64,000 nucleotides of DNA, from assembly GCA_047495785.1 (NCBI GenBank), contig JBLDXI010000001.1:992001-1056000 (forward strand). Reading direction: 5' to 3'. This DNA is from Lepidodermella squamata (lineage: Eukaryota; Animalia; Gastrotricha). The notes beneath the pieces are model-generated. The model was not told the origin of the DNA. It was given only the letters and a program-made list of their open reading frames with translations, and made no database searches. Positions within the stretch are counted from its first letter, which is position 1, and each line of letters starts with the position of its first letter. The position numbers were made by a program, and so were the translations under genes. Positions 1 to 12,000 of this stretch are shown piece by piece.

Positions 1-2
1 CT

Positions 3-3000
3 CGGTCGTCGACCTTCTCTCCGAAATCCCGTGAAGCGGAGAAGCAGGCGGCCGAGGACATGGAGCAGCGTATTTTGGCCCAGCGGGCCGAAAAGATGGG
101 CCGGCGTTTATCTCTCATGGAAGCCATTCCTAATTTTCCGGTGCTCAGGAAGGCACCAAGAGTGGTTGTTGTAAGTTGATCACATAGCTGCAGAAGATTC
201 ACTCACGGAATCGCATGTGTCGAAATAGCCGACAATACAACATAGAAAAAATCGATACGATTAATTTTATAGGTAGAAAAAATGTTGTCTATTTCTGGCA
301 TGTTAATTATAGAACAGAATAATACAGATCTAGCTGTAGTAAATTGGTAATTATTTTAAAATAATTTTCTATATAATTTAAGCATGATTTTTTAGCGTAG
401 ATTCGATTTAATTGTTTTTGCGAGTTGCTAATTTTTTCACAATTTTTTTAATTAGGAAAAGGGCGAGTTCGAAGAGGAGCTTGAAGATGTTAACGCTGTT
501 TTTGGCGAGACGAAAGAAGCGCAATTCGCTTGCGTGTTCTCGGACGAAAACCAGAAGGGTCGTTGGTTCAAGGGCCGCACCGAAATTTTCCATGGCCTCA
601 AGTACTTGATCCAGCACGAGGGCAAGCGTCACACGATGATTGTCAAAACGCCAAATGCCGACGACACGGGTCCGTACACGTGCGACTGCGACGGCGTCAC
701 GTCGACCGCGTTCCTCATGGTCGAGGTGCGCAAGACGCAGATCAAGCGCAGCCTGCCGCCCAAGTCGAAAATCGGCCGTAAAGGCACGACCGTTCTCGAG
801 GTGGAGATGTCGGACGACAAGGCTGAGCCGACGTGGTTGAAGAACGGCAAGCCGATCACGCCGAAGCGTGGCAAGTACGAAATTAAGAAAGAAGGCAACA
901 AGGCCTCGCTGACGATCCTCAACGGCTCGCCCGATGACGAGGGCAAGTACACTTGCAAGGTCGAAGATTCAACCAGCGATACCGACTTGGCCTTCGAAGG
1001 TTAGTTGTCTTTATTCGTTTGCTATGAATGTAAATTAATTGCTTTTTCTGCTTTGATTTTATTTTGCGCTTTGAAGATGTTGATGATTTTAATTCTGAAG
1101 GAAAGACAGGAAAAGCAGGAAAAGGGACAGGGAAAGGTATCACCATCTATTCTGTTCATCTATTTCTGTTCAATCGAGCCGTTTCTTTTGTCATGCCGCA
1201 AAAATTACTCTGTTTATCCCAACTATATTTTTTGGTTCATTTATTCCTCCTTTAAACAGCTTTTATTTGGATATCATCTAATTCGGTCTTTTTGTTGTAA
1301 TTTTACAGAGGGTGACTGGAAATTTATCGAAAAATTGGAAAATGCGGCGACCACTGAAGACCAGCCGGCTACATTTTCTTGCACTGTTAACGAGCCGAAT
1401 GCTGACGTTACTTGGCTCGTTAACGGCGAGGAGGTGTCGGCTGACGATAGGCGATTCGAAATAGCTTCAAACGGCATGAAGCGTACACTGACGGTGAAGA
1501 AGCCGAAGAAAACCGACAACGGGCTGAAGGTCACGTGCATGACGACAAAAGACAAGTCCGAAGCTTCGCTCATGGTGAAAGGTACGTTCCAACGCCGGCA
1601 ACGTGCATGAATTTACTAAGGCATGGCCCCCTTGATGTTGTTGATTTTTGTTATTGCATGTATAGCTGGGAAGAAATTGACGTTTAATTTAGGCAGAAGT
1701 GGAACAGGTGTGTTTTCCAAGTTCCATTTCTAGTGTGTAAAAATCTCACACTTTTTGAAATCTCTGGCATGTAAAAGTAGGGTGTTTAATTTTCTCTCAT
1801 CCCCAGTATATACTTCTACTTCACTTCGTAGCATTTGCTCATTTCCTCCTCCTTCATTTCTCGACAAAAAAAATCTGCTCTGATTTTTTAAGGCGGCTTT
1901 TTTCAAAATTAGTTTTTTTCTGTTATGTGAGAAAACTGGAAGAGGAAATCGAGCATATTGCATGTTGGAATAATTTGTTGATGTTCTTCTTTTGTTTTTT
2001 TTTTCTGTTCTTCCGTCTTGCACGTTGCCAGATCTGATCTCTGCATGCGAAACTGTTGAACTGACCCCAGCCCCGTTAGCTGGAACTTCTGACTACTCCA
2101 CTACTGCTTCATCTCAGCTGCATGCTGCTGCTAGTTCCACCACCGCTACCACATCCACCACTGTTTCTAACTCTACTAGCACCGCCGAAGGCGGCTACCT
2201 CGGCTGGCTCTCGCCCGCCGGCGTCAACAACGCGCTTTCATCGTTTTTACACCGCCTTCAATTCGACACGTTCGAGGAGGATACCGAACACGTAGCCTCT
2301 CTGACCCTGGCCGCGACGCGACCCGGGTCACCGCCCCTTTCCCTGCGCTCGGCTGACGACATCTCGTCGTCGGCCGAGGGCTACCTCACCCCTATGGAGG
2401 TCGAAGACTCGCTCAGCAGCACCGACGACTCCTACGCCACCCCGTTGAACATCGCCACCCCGGAGGAGCAGCTCAGTGGCGCTGAGGATGACGAAGCTAA
2501 GACCGTTTGCGGAGACGAAGTTCCTCTTGACGCCAGCCTACTCGACTCCTCAACCTTCCATGAACAACTCAAAATCACAGTTGGCGCAGATCACGACGTT
2601 TCGGTAGTTCGACCGCTGAATCTACCGAAACCCATCATAAAGGCTTCATCCTTCGATTCAACCGGGGAGGAAGTTGCGACGCTTACCAGCGAACCTTACG
2701 GCCTATTACGACCAGCTAACCAGAGGTCTAACAGCAGTTTAGGTTCGAATTCGCCAATACTCCAAGTTCCGGCTGGTTTGACTGCAGACCCGCAGACACT
2801 GGTCGAAGGGTTATCGAAAATTAAGAGTCTACACGCCGAGCAAATGGAACTAGCCGCGAGGCTATCCCGCCGCTATGAACAGCGCTTATCACCTGCAATG
2901 TCCCCTATGAGGTTATCGCCAGTTCCGGCGATGTTCGTCTCCCAGCCGCATACCCCGGAACAGGCGAGTCCTAGAAACCACCCTCCGTTAATCCGGCCCC

Positions 3001-6000
3001 GTTCCTTCGACATGGGCATGACAAGCCCTGGTCTGTTGTCACCCGCCTCAGCTCAAAGCCCTGTTATGTTATCGCCAGTACCGATTCGCGCCGCCGGTCC
3101 AGCCGAGTTCCAGGAACGAATGCAACGGCTGCGCGTCGAAGCCGCGGTGCTGGCTGAGCGGTTGCAAACGCGGCACTCTCGAACGTCATCCTCAAGCCTC
3201 ATGCCCGGTATGCGAGTCGACCCGGATAGCCTGTTGACGAAAGACGAAGATGTTTTCGAGAAAACGACGATTGAATCGATTCGTTCATTAACGCCGAAAC
3301 AGGTTTCGTTCGATTTGCCAGACCCGGTCGAAGAGGTTGAGGAGGAAGAGTTCGAACAGAGCGACCCAGCCTCGCCAAGCGTCGCGTCGCCACCTCAAAG
3401 TCCAACGCCATCTCGCAAAAGCGACGACAAAGACGGCTCAAAGTCGCCGTCGATAAAAGAGAAAATCGAGGAAAAATACAACAAATTGCTGTCTAAATTC
3501 GGCTTGAAAAGCTCGAAGGAGAAAAAGGCGGCGAAATTGGCGAGGATGAGTCGAAGTGAGGATAACATCAATAGTTTGGCTAAAATCGCAGAGGAGCCTC
3601 CATCGCCCCAGCTTAGTGTTAAACATGAGACGATACCTACCCCCACCACCACTGAACCAGCTGAAGCAGAGGAAGAGCAGCCGAAGAAAATGGAGCGGAA
3701 ATTATCGTGGCGCAAGAAGTTGAAGAAAGCGTTTTCCCACGACTCGAAAGAAAAGCCCGAGAAGCAGAAATCAACGAGTTCCTCCCCTGTTGCCTCGCCT
3801 CGTGTTACAGTTACCGAGCCGCCGCTGGAAGAGGTCGAGCGTGACGGCGCGAAATCGCCCTCCTCCAGGATTATCGTAATCACCCCAAGCGATCCGAGAT
3901 CGCCGTCGAGTCTTTCATCCGGTAGTTCCTCGTCAATTCAGCAGATGGCTCAGAGAATGCTGCTGCCTATTGAAGAAGTCGTCGAGCAGCAACGGGTCGA
4001 AGAGGCAGCGACTCGCATTCTGGCTGATCAAGCGCTTCATCAGCCTATCGTAACCATTCGAACGCCCTCGATTCAGTCGGTTAGTGAAGAAACTGGTGTT
4101 GTGGTGCTGCAGCCATCGAGGGTTGTGCAATGGCTCGAACATCAGCAATCGCCGACTCAACAATCGACGGAAGAAGATATCAAACAGGCAGAGGTCGATT
4201 GGAAATTCCGGCAAATCACGCAGCAATACCGCGGCGCGTCGTCCACATCTTCCGTCGATTCTCAGCACGAAATCGATGCGAAATACGCGAAAGTACTTGA
4301 ACGTTACGCTCTAAAGCGGCAAGTTTCCGACGTGACGGCTGAAGTTGGCTCGCTGGATAAGCTGCCAAAGAGCCAGGCGAAAAAATCGTGGGATAGGAAG
4401 GCTCAATTTTCGCTGGACGACAACGCTACGCAGTTGTATTTCGAAGGCCCGGTGGCGCCGCTGAAGCTTAAACGCTCAACCGAGGTGCTGATGGAGCCTG
4501 AGACGGCCGAATCTGTGTTCAGCCCGTCTTCCGATGAACAGGTCCATCCAGCTATGGCTAACCTTGGCCAGCGGAAACTCGCGCAACCGGCCGAAATGGC
4601 GCAGAATTATTTGAAAGAACGCGAGGCCTTCCTGAAAATTCAACACGGCCAGGTTGTTGAGAGTTTGAATTTGATAAAAAGCCCGGCCGTTCGCCTGCAA
4701 AAGCAGTTTGCGTTCGAAAGCCAGGTCGACTACCGCACGCCATCTATTGAAATTCAAGCGTTCGGGTCTGATGTTGACTTTGCAAATCCGACCTTCCGCG
4801 ATTTGCCCGAGTACCAAATGGCGGAGCAGCATTCACAGCTGATTGAACAACGCAGCGAGCCGGAACGGCCGCATTCTGCTAACCAGCTGGTTCAGGGCCG
4901 GTTTTCGACCGGCTTTTCCAAGGCCTACTCTGTCGAGGAGCTGCGGTGTTACGAAAGAGCTGGCTCGATCAGCGAGTTGAGCATCCCGAGCGCTGAGCGG
5001 AATTTCAGCAAACCTGTTGTTAACGTCATGGTGAAATGCCACTCGTTTGAACACGTCTCATCCATTTGCGTGCCACCCCACGTTCAGCAACCGCTCAGCC
5101 CGGTTCGGAGTCCGTTGCTACCAATGTCGTTGAGTGTTTCTCAGGAGAATATCACCCATATGTCGACGGACGATTTGACCAGAGAACCGGAGAGTTTGAT
5201 GAAAATTTTCGCTGGCTACGGTCAGTTGAACTTGCCAATTGTGACGTCGACGCAGATTCAAGTCGCCCCGGAGAGATATTTAGAGCACCAGCCGGATGCA
5301 ATCGATGATGAGGGTGATGATGTGCTGTCTCCGGATAGTGCGGTTATCGAGCCGAGTTCGGAAGTCGATGTGCAGGTGGAGGAAGTTGCGTATGAATTCG
5401 ATCGATTGTCACCCGAGCCGACGAGCTACTTCACACCGCGAGTTTTGGATGTTATCGCTGAAACGTCTTCTGTGAGCAGCCGTGAGTCAGTCACTGTCTC
5501 TGAGCACCAGCAAATTAGCCATATTCAAACTGTGGAGAAGCAATCGTCCTCGCAGAGTCAAATGTCAGACGCGACCTTGACTGCTTCTGATGAAGCCGGC
5601 GGAGAAGCGACCATTGCAATGTCATCGGCTACATCAAGCGAGCAACAGTCAACTGCTATTAAGGTGGCTTCATCGGAATCCGAGGTTAAAATTGCCACCG
5701 CTTCAGTTAAAGAAACAAGCGAAATCGTCAGCAAAACAGTGACTGAGATTTCGGAAACAGTTGAAATTCAAAGTTCTGAAACAGCTTTATCGAGTCAAGT
5801 TTCTACCACGGCACTACATACTGCTGTGGAAAGCGTTGAATCGGCCGTTTTGCATACCAAGGAAACAGTGATTTCCGATGAAAAATCGTCAGTATCACAT
5901 GTCACAGAATCTAGCGTGACATCCGACGTTTCTCGGTCTGAAAAAACGGTTCTCGAAGAAACAACCACGACCAGCAATGTTTCGACAAGCTCGGTATCGG

Positions 6001-9000
6001 CTACAGTTTCACACTCTGAGGAAAAATCGGCGTCTTTTGCAAAGGTCTCAAGTTCTTCAGCGGCGAAAGGTTCTGATGTCTCAGCACCCTCAAGAACTGC
6101 CGAGAAAAATCTGGAATCGGCGAAAGATTCTGTGAAGCCGCAAATATCAAATGTGGCAGTATTTGGCACGGCATCTGAAATTTCTCAATTCGAGACCGAG
6201 AAAACAGCAACAATCAGCCAAGTTTCTATTAGCGAAACAAGCTCGGTATCGAAGACTGTTGTACAATCTGAGGAGAAATCGACAGCTTCTTTCGCAAAAT
6301 CATCGACGGAAGTGTCAGTTTCTTCAGCTGTGAAAGATTCTGATACCTCAGCGCCCTCGAGAACTGCCGTGGGATCTACCAAAGATTCTGTTATTTCAGC
6401 AGAAAAGCCATCGATATTACAGATCTCAGAATTGGGAGTTTCCCAGTCTGAAATAACGATGGTTGAGCAAACAGGCGCTACCAGCCAGATCACAACAAGC
6501 GAGGCAAGCTCGATTTCGATGAAAGTTGTTCACTCTGAGGAGAAATCGGTGGCTTCTGTTGCAAAATCAACAACAGAAGTCTCCATTGCTACAGCAGCGA
6601 AAGGTTCAGATGCTACGGCGCCCTCAATATCTGCCGAGAAAAGCCTGGAATCGGCCGTTTTGCAAAGCAAAGATTCGGCGATATCACATGTAGCAGAATC
6701 TGCTGTGATATCTGAAGTTTCTCAGTCTGAGACAACTTCGACATTCGAGGTGGAGGAGACTACTACAACTACAACCAGCCAGGTTACATCAAGCTCGGTA
6801 TCGAAGACAGTTGTGCAATCTGAGGAGAAATCGGCATCTGTTGCGAAATCCTCGGCTGAAGTCTCAGCGAAAGTTACAAGCGTTGAGCAGGCTGGTGATC
6901 AGAAGAAATCTTCGGTATCGGCTATGTTGCGTAGTATCAAGGAAAAATCACCAGATTCCTCGAAATCTTTGAAGGAAACCTCGAAATCTTCCAGTGTAAC
7001 CTCAAAAGCTTCAGTTCTCCAACAGTCTTCAACCCTTTCATCGGCCCGGAAAATTTCCACCGTAACCGCTGATTCGACTTCCGCAAAATCATCGGCAATA
7101 GCTTCAGATGAAAAGAAATCCGAAGCTGTGTCCGAAACTAGTGCAAAAGAGCAAACACTGGAAATCAAAGCTGAGGCTTCGGAGGTGAGAACTGAAACCT
7201 CCTTAGTCGAAACAGTGACATCAACGGAAGAGCAGTCAAGCGTTACGGTTACCGAGGTCAAATCTGATTCGCGCCTCGCTGAAACTAAGAATTTGGCCTT
7301 CGAAAGTGTCGAACAGCATGTTGAAAAAACTTCGACCATGGAGCAATCTGTGGTAAAACATGAAGAGAAATCTTCATCTCTGCAATTATCAGCTGCGATA
7401 CAGCAAGCTGTGGTTGAAAGCTCGGTTCTCACTGCTATTCTGGAACCGAGAGCGGCGCAGGTCATCCTGAGTGCCGAAAAAGCGATCGCCGCAGCTCAGG
7501 CTGAAGTAGCGGCGGTCAAAGGGGAGAAGCCAAAGACTTCGAAGCCTGAAATTTCCCAAGTCCAACCGGCCGTCTCGTCCAAGGCGAAAATCGGCGTGGC
7601 TGAGTCTTCATTCGAAGTCAGTGAGGTGGAGTACCGCCAGGAAACCCTAACCGAAGCTTCCCTCGCGCGGGAGAAGGAACTGGCTAAAAAAGCCGCAGTT
7701 ACTACGCACGTTGAAACAGTTGATGAATCATCATCGCTGTCTATCGATCGAACTTCACCCAGCGAGGAAGGATCACGTGACACACCGGTTTCGCAAACAG
7801 CTGTATTGCTCAACATTTCTTCCCTAGTTTCGTCCGTTTCCTCAGAAATTAAAGAAGCTAGATCAATGGAGACCGCGCTATCCTCCGATTCCTCAGTTTT
7901 CTTGGCCGCCCGGCCGTCAAACGTTCCAAGGCAGTCGCTAGGAGCCGAGGCTAATGCTAGCATCGGATCGATCTCACGCTCGTTCAGTTCAGTGGCGCCG
8001 GACTCGTCGTTCGACGACCGGCCCGTTGCCTCAACTACAGCCTCGTCCGCGGTTTCTTCCCCAGTCGAAAGTTTTGCCACAACTTCGACTGACCTACCTA
8101 CGAGTCGAAGTGCCACAATGCAGCAAAACCTCACCTCTGAGACAGTCTCGCCACCTCCGCCTGAAGAGCGGAGAGCTCTGAGTCCAACAGAGGCAACAAA
8201 ATCTCAAAGTCAGGCTGGAACCTTGTCGAAATCTGAGAAAACTACCTCGTTATCAGGAACAATCTCGCCATCCACGTCTGAAATCAAGTCAGAGGAGCGA
8301 AGATCTCTCAGTCCAACGTCGACTCAGAAATCAGAGGTTGGCAAGTCTGAGGCAACGAAATCGCAGAATCAGGCTGGAACCTTGAAAACTAGTACCACTA
8401 CCTCGTTATCGGGAACAGTCTCGCCACCCCCGCCTGAAACAAAATTAGAAGAGCGGAGACCTCTCAGTCCAACTCAGAAATCAGAGGCAACAAAAGCACA
8501 GGCTGGAACCTTGAAAACTAGTGTCACTACCTCGCCACCTGAAACCAAGTCAGAAGAGCGGAAGCCTCTCAGACCAGCTAAATCTCAGAAATCAGAGGTC
8601 AGCAAGTCTGAAACAGCTGAGAGCTTGTTGGAATCTGTGAAAACTAGTCTTACCTCAGTCCCAACTTCCAAAGCCGAGGTCATTGAATCTTCTCATCAAG
8701 CTGAGGAATCGACTGCGTTCACCGTCGAGACCTCAACAGTTGAGGCTGTTACTCGAACTGAAAAGGTGTTGACTACTTCGGCGAGTATCGAGCAAACTGT
8801 GGCTGAAGAGACCGTCGCTGCCACGGTTTCGGTCCAGCAGTTCACGCCAACTGTTCAAACAACCAAAAAACAGTTGATGACCGCTCCAAGTATCGAAGGA
8901 GCTGTTTCTCTAGAAACCTCCCAGCCAACCAAAGCCGTGGAGCCTGAGAGCGTTAAAATCGCTGAACAGCCTATTGCAGTTCAGAAAATTGAGGTGAAAC

Positions 9001-12000
9001 CAGTCGCGACCTACCGGGCGGTTGCTCGGAAGTTGAAACGCGAATCTGCCGTGGAAGAGGTCGTTGAAAATTTTGAGCCGGTCGACGACCGCCTTAAAAC
9101 TACGGCGAAGAACGTGGTCGTTGAAGATGCACGGCCCGGCCCGGGTTTGAAGCCTATCAAAATCTCCCAGCCTAACGTGCAATTCTTCGAGAAGCCCGTT
9201 CGAATTTCGCCGTCGGAGGATAAGGTGAAGTCGCAGGTCATTCCTACGATTGTTGAGACGCAGCCGACTGAGCCGAATTCAGGCGAGGAAAGCCCGCCGA
9301 CTCAGTCTGTAGATCGGAAGGTGACTTTCAATCCGGAGGTTGACATGCGGCAGCGAACTTCGGAGGAAACGATGACTCCGACCCCGCCTGGCTCGCCGCT
9401 CGAGGCGCCCCAGCAGCAGCCGGTCGAACAGCAGCAAGCGGCGTCATTGCCGCCACCTGGTATCCGCCCAACTAGACGCTTGTGCCGAGTTTACGCCGTT
9501 GACCTTTCCTGTTAACCGCTTCTAACACGCTTTAAAATCAATTGCGCCTTGTTTTTACTAACAAAATACATGATTGGCTTGATACAACACCAGTAACATG
9601 ATTTTTAACCCTTGTCAAAAATAATTAATTCCGATTTTTTTCATCGTTTCAAGTGCCGCCGGAGGGTCCGAAATCGCTTCGTGTTACCGATGTCGATTCC
9701 GGCCGAGCGACGCTGGCCTGGGAAAAGCCGCCCAGCTCAGACAACGCCCCGGTCAAGGGTTTCATCATCGAGGCCCGCGACAAGACGTCTGGAAAATGGA
9801 CCAAAATCAAAGATCTACCGGCTGATGCTGATAGCTGCACTGTCGATGGCCTCGAGAACGGGAAGGAGTACGAATTCCGGGTTATGGCTAAAAACGACCT
9901 GGGCAACTCAGATCCGAGCGAGCCCACTCCACTCACCCTTATCAAGGGCAAAAAAGGTTTGAATTTTCGACATTTTTTAAGATGAGTCTATTTCTCCTCT
10001 TAATTAGTGCCTGCTCGCATTTCGGACAAAAACTTGATTCTCGGAACCCGTATGAAGGCTGGCCAGGCCTTCAGCGTGTCTGCAAAGTACACGGGCGAGC
10101 CGGAACCCACCGTTACCTGGACCGTGGACGGTAAACCAGTCGCCGTCGATGAATCACTCGTCATTTCTACCGCCGGTTTTAAAACTAATCTTGAAATTAA
10201 GACGGGTAAACGCAAGTACACGGGCGTTTACTGCATTACTGTCAAGAACGATTCCGGTAGTGACAAGCACGAGTTTGAAGTTGTCGTGCTGTCATCCCCC
10301 GCCCGGCCTGGAGGTCCGATCAAGGTTTCCGATGTCAAGAAAGACTCGTGCCTTCTGCAATGGTCGGCGCCTGAAGACCTGGGCGGCAGCGAGTTTCTCG
10401 GCTACAAGGTTGAGAAATTCGACCCGGAGAAGGGCGTGTGGGAGACGGTGAAGGAGGGCATCCCGAAGCCGGAATTCCAGGTCAAGAACCTGCAGGAGGG
10501 TCACAAGTACCAGTTCCGAGTTTCGGCTGTCAACGCACAGGGCCAAAGCGAGCCGCTTGAGACAACATCGCCGACCCTGGCGAAGAACCCGTTCGACGCG
10601 CCCGGCAAGCCGAGCAAGCCTGTGATCGTTGATTCGAGCCCGAATTTCATCGAAATTCGCTGGGACCCGCCTGCCTCGGACGGCGGCGCTCCGATCACTG
10701 GCTACCACATCGAACGTGCCGACCCGAAAACAGGCCGCTTCGTCCGCGTATCGACTGACCCGGTTCAGGGCCTGACGTACCGTGACGACCGCGTCTCGGC
10801 TGGCCGCGCTTACAAGTATCGCATTGTTGCGCAGAACGCGGGCGGCGATTCTGAGCCTAGCGATGGCTCGGACGACCTGATTGCGAAGAACTTGCGCGAG
10901 GTGCCGAAAATCGACTTGTCGTTCCTGCCGAACGGTGGCGAAATCCGGGTCAGAGCTGGTGAACCCCTGGCCTTGGCTATTCCGGTCTCTGGTGAGCCGA
11001 TGCCGACAATTGCTTGGTCAAAGGATGGATTCCCAACCCCGGCAACGGTAAATCTCAAATTTTGAAAAAATTGACTGAATACAAATTCAAAAATTAAATT
11101 AAATAACTTATTTCATTTATTAAAAAATAATTAATTAAAATTAATCATTTTTTAATTAATCAATTAATTATAATATTTGTCATTTTATTATTTTTTAATC
11201 CTTAATTTTTGTTCCAGCTTACTCCGGAGCAAAAGGAGGGCGAAGCTAAGCTATCGACTCCATCGGCTATTCGAGCTCAACACAATGGCACGTATACTAT
11301 CACGGCGACCAACGCATCTGGCACGTCTAGTGCTCAGGTCAAAGTGGTCGTGCTCGACAAACCAGGCCCGCCGGAGGGTCCGATCAAGGTGGACAATGTC
11401 ACCGCCGAATCTTGTCACCTGTCATGGGACAAGCCGAAAGACGACGGTGGCTCGGAAATTACCGGTTACATCGTTGAAAAGCGCGAGGTCGGTACAAGTT
11501 CGTGGAGCAAATGCGCGACTATGGTCACGGCGCCGGAAGCCAACGTGCGCGGCCTCGAGGAGGGTAAGAAGTACGAATTCCGCGTTATCGCTGAGAATCT
11601 GATCGGAACGAGCGACCCGCTTGTCGGCAGCAGCCCGGTATTGGCTAAGAACCCGTTCGACCCGCCTGGCCCACCGCAATCGGTTAGGGTGGAAGCGGTT
11701 GATGCGGTGTCAGCCACCTTGAAATGGCAGCCGCCACTCAAAGATGGCGGTAGACCTGTTAAGGGCTACGTTGTCGAGAAGAAGTCCTCGAAATCTCCGA
11801 CCTGGACCCGTGCGGTTCAGTACACGATTTCGAGCCCGGAGGTAACTGTGACCGGGCTGACTGAGGGCGATGACGTTCAGTTCCGGGTTGCTGCTGTTAA
11901 CGAAGCCGGACCTGGCGAGTTCAGCCACGCCACGCCGTCAGTCACGATCAAAGATCCGGTCGTACTCGCCAGCCCACCTGGCCAGCCGAATGTCGACAAA

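Larger units (their letters stand above)
2032..9459 (+). other. 7428-nt symmetric (phase 1-1) giant exon encoding a ~2476-aa Ser/Thr/Glu/Pro-rich disordered segment of twitchin
   Basis: Long polypyrimidine tract and CAG acceptor at 2029-2031, donor G|GTATCC at 9459/9460, length divisible by 3, open in the twitchin frame (ORF 1992-9515); no Ig/Fn3 signatures inside. Confidence 0.85.

Noticed and set aside
1-30. RRPSL motif in frame 1 at the window start
   Set aside because: That frame is not phase-compatible with the donor at 170/171 and the next Ig exon; frame 3 is the coding frame.
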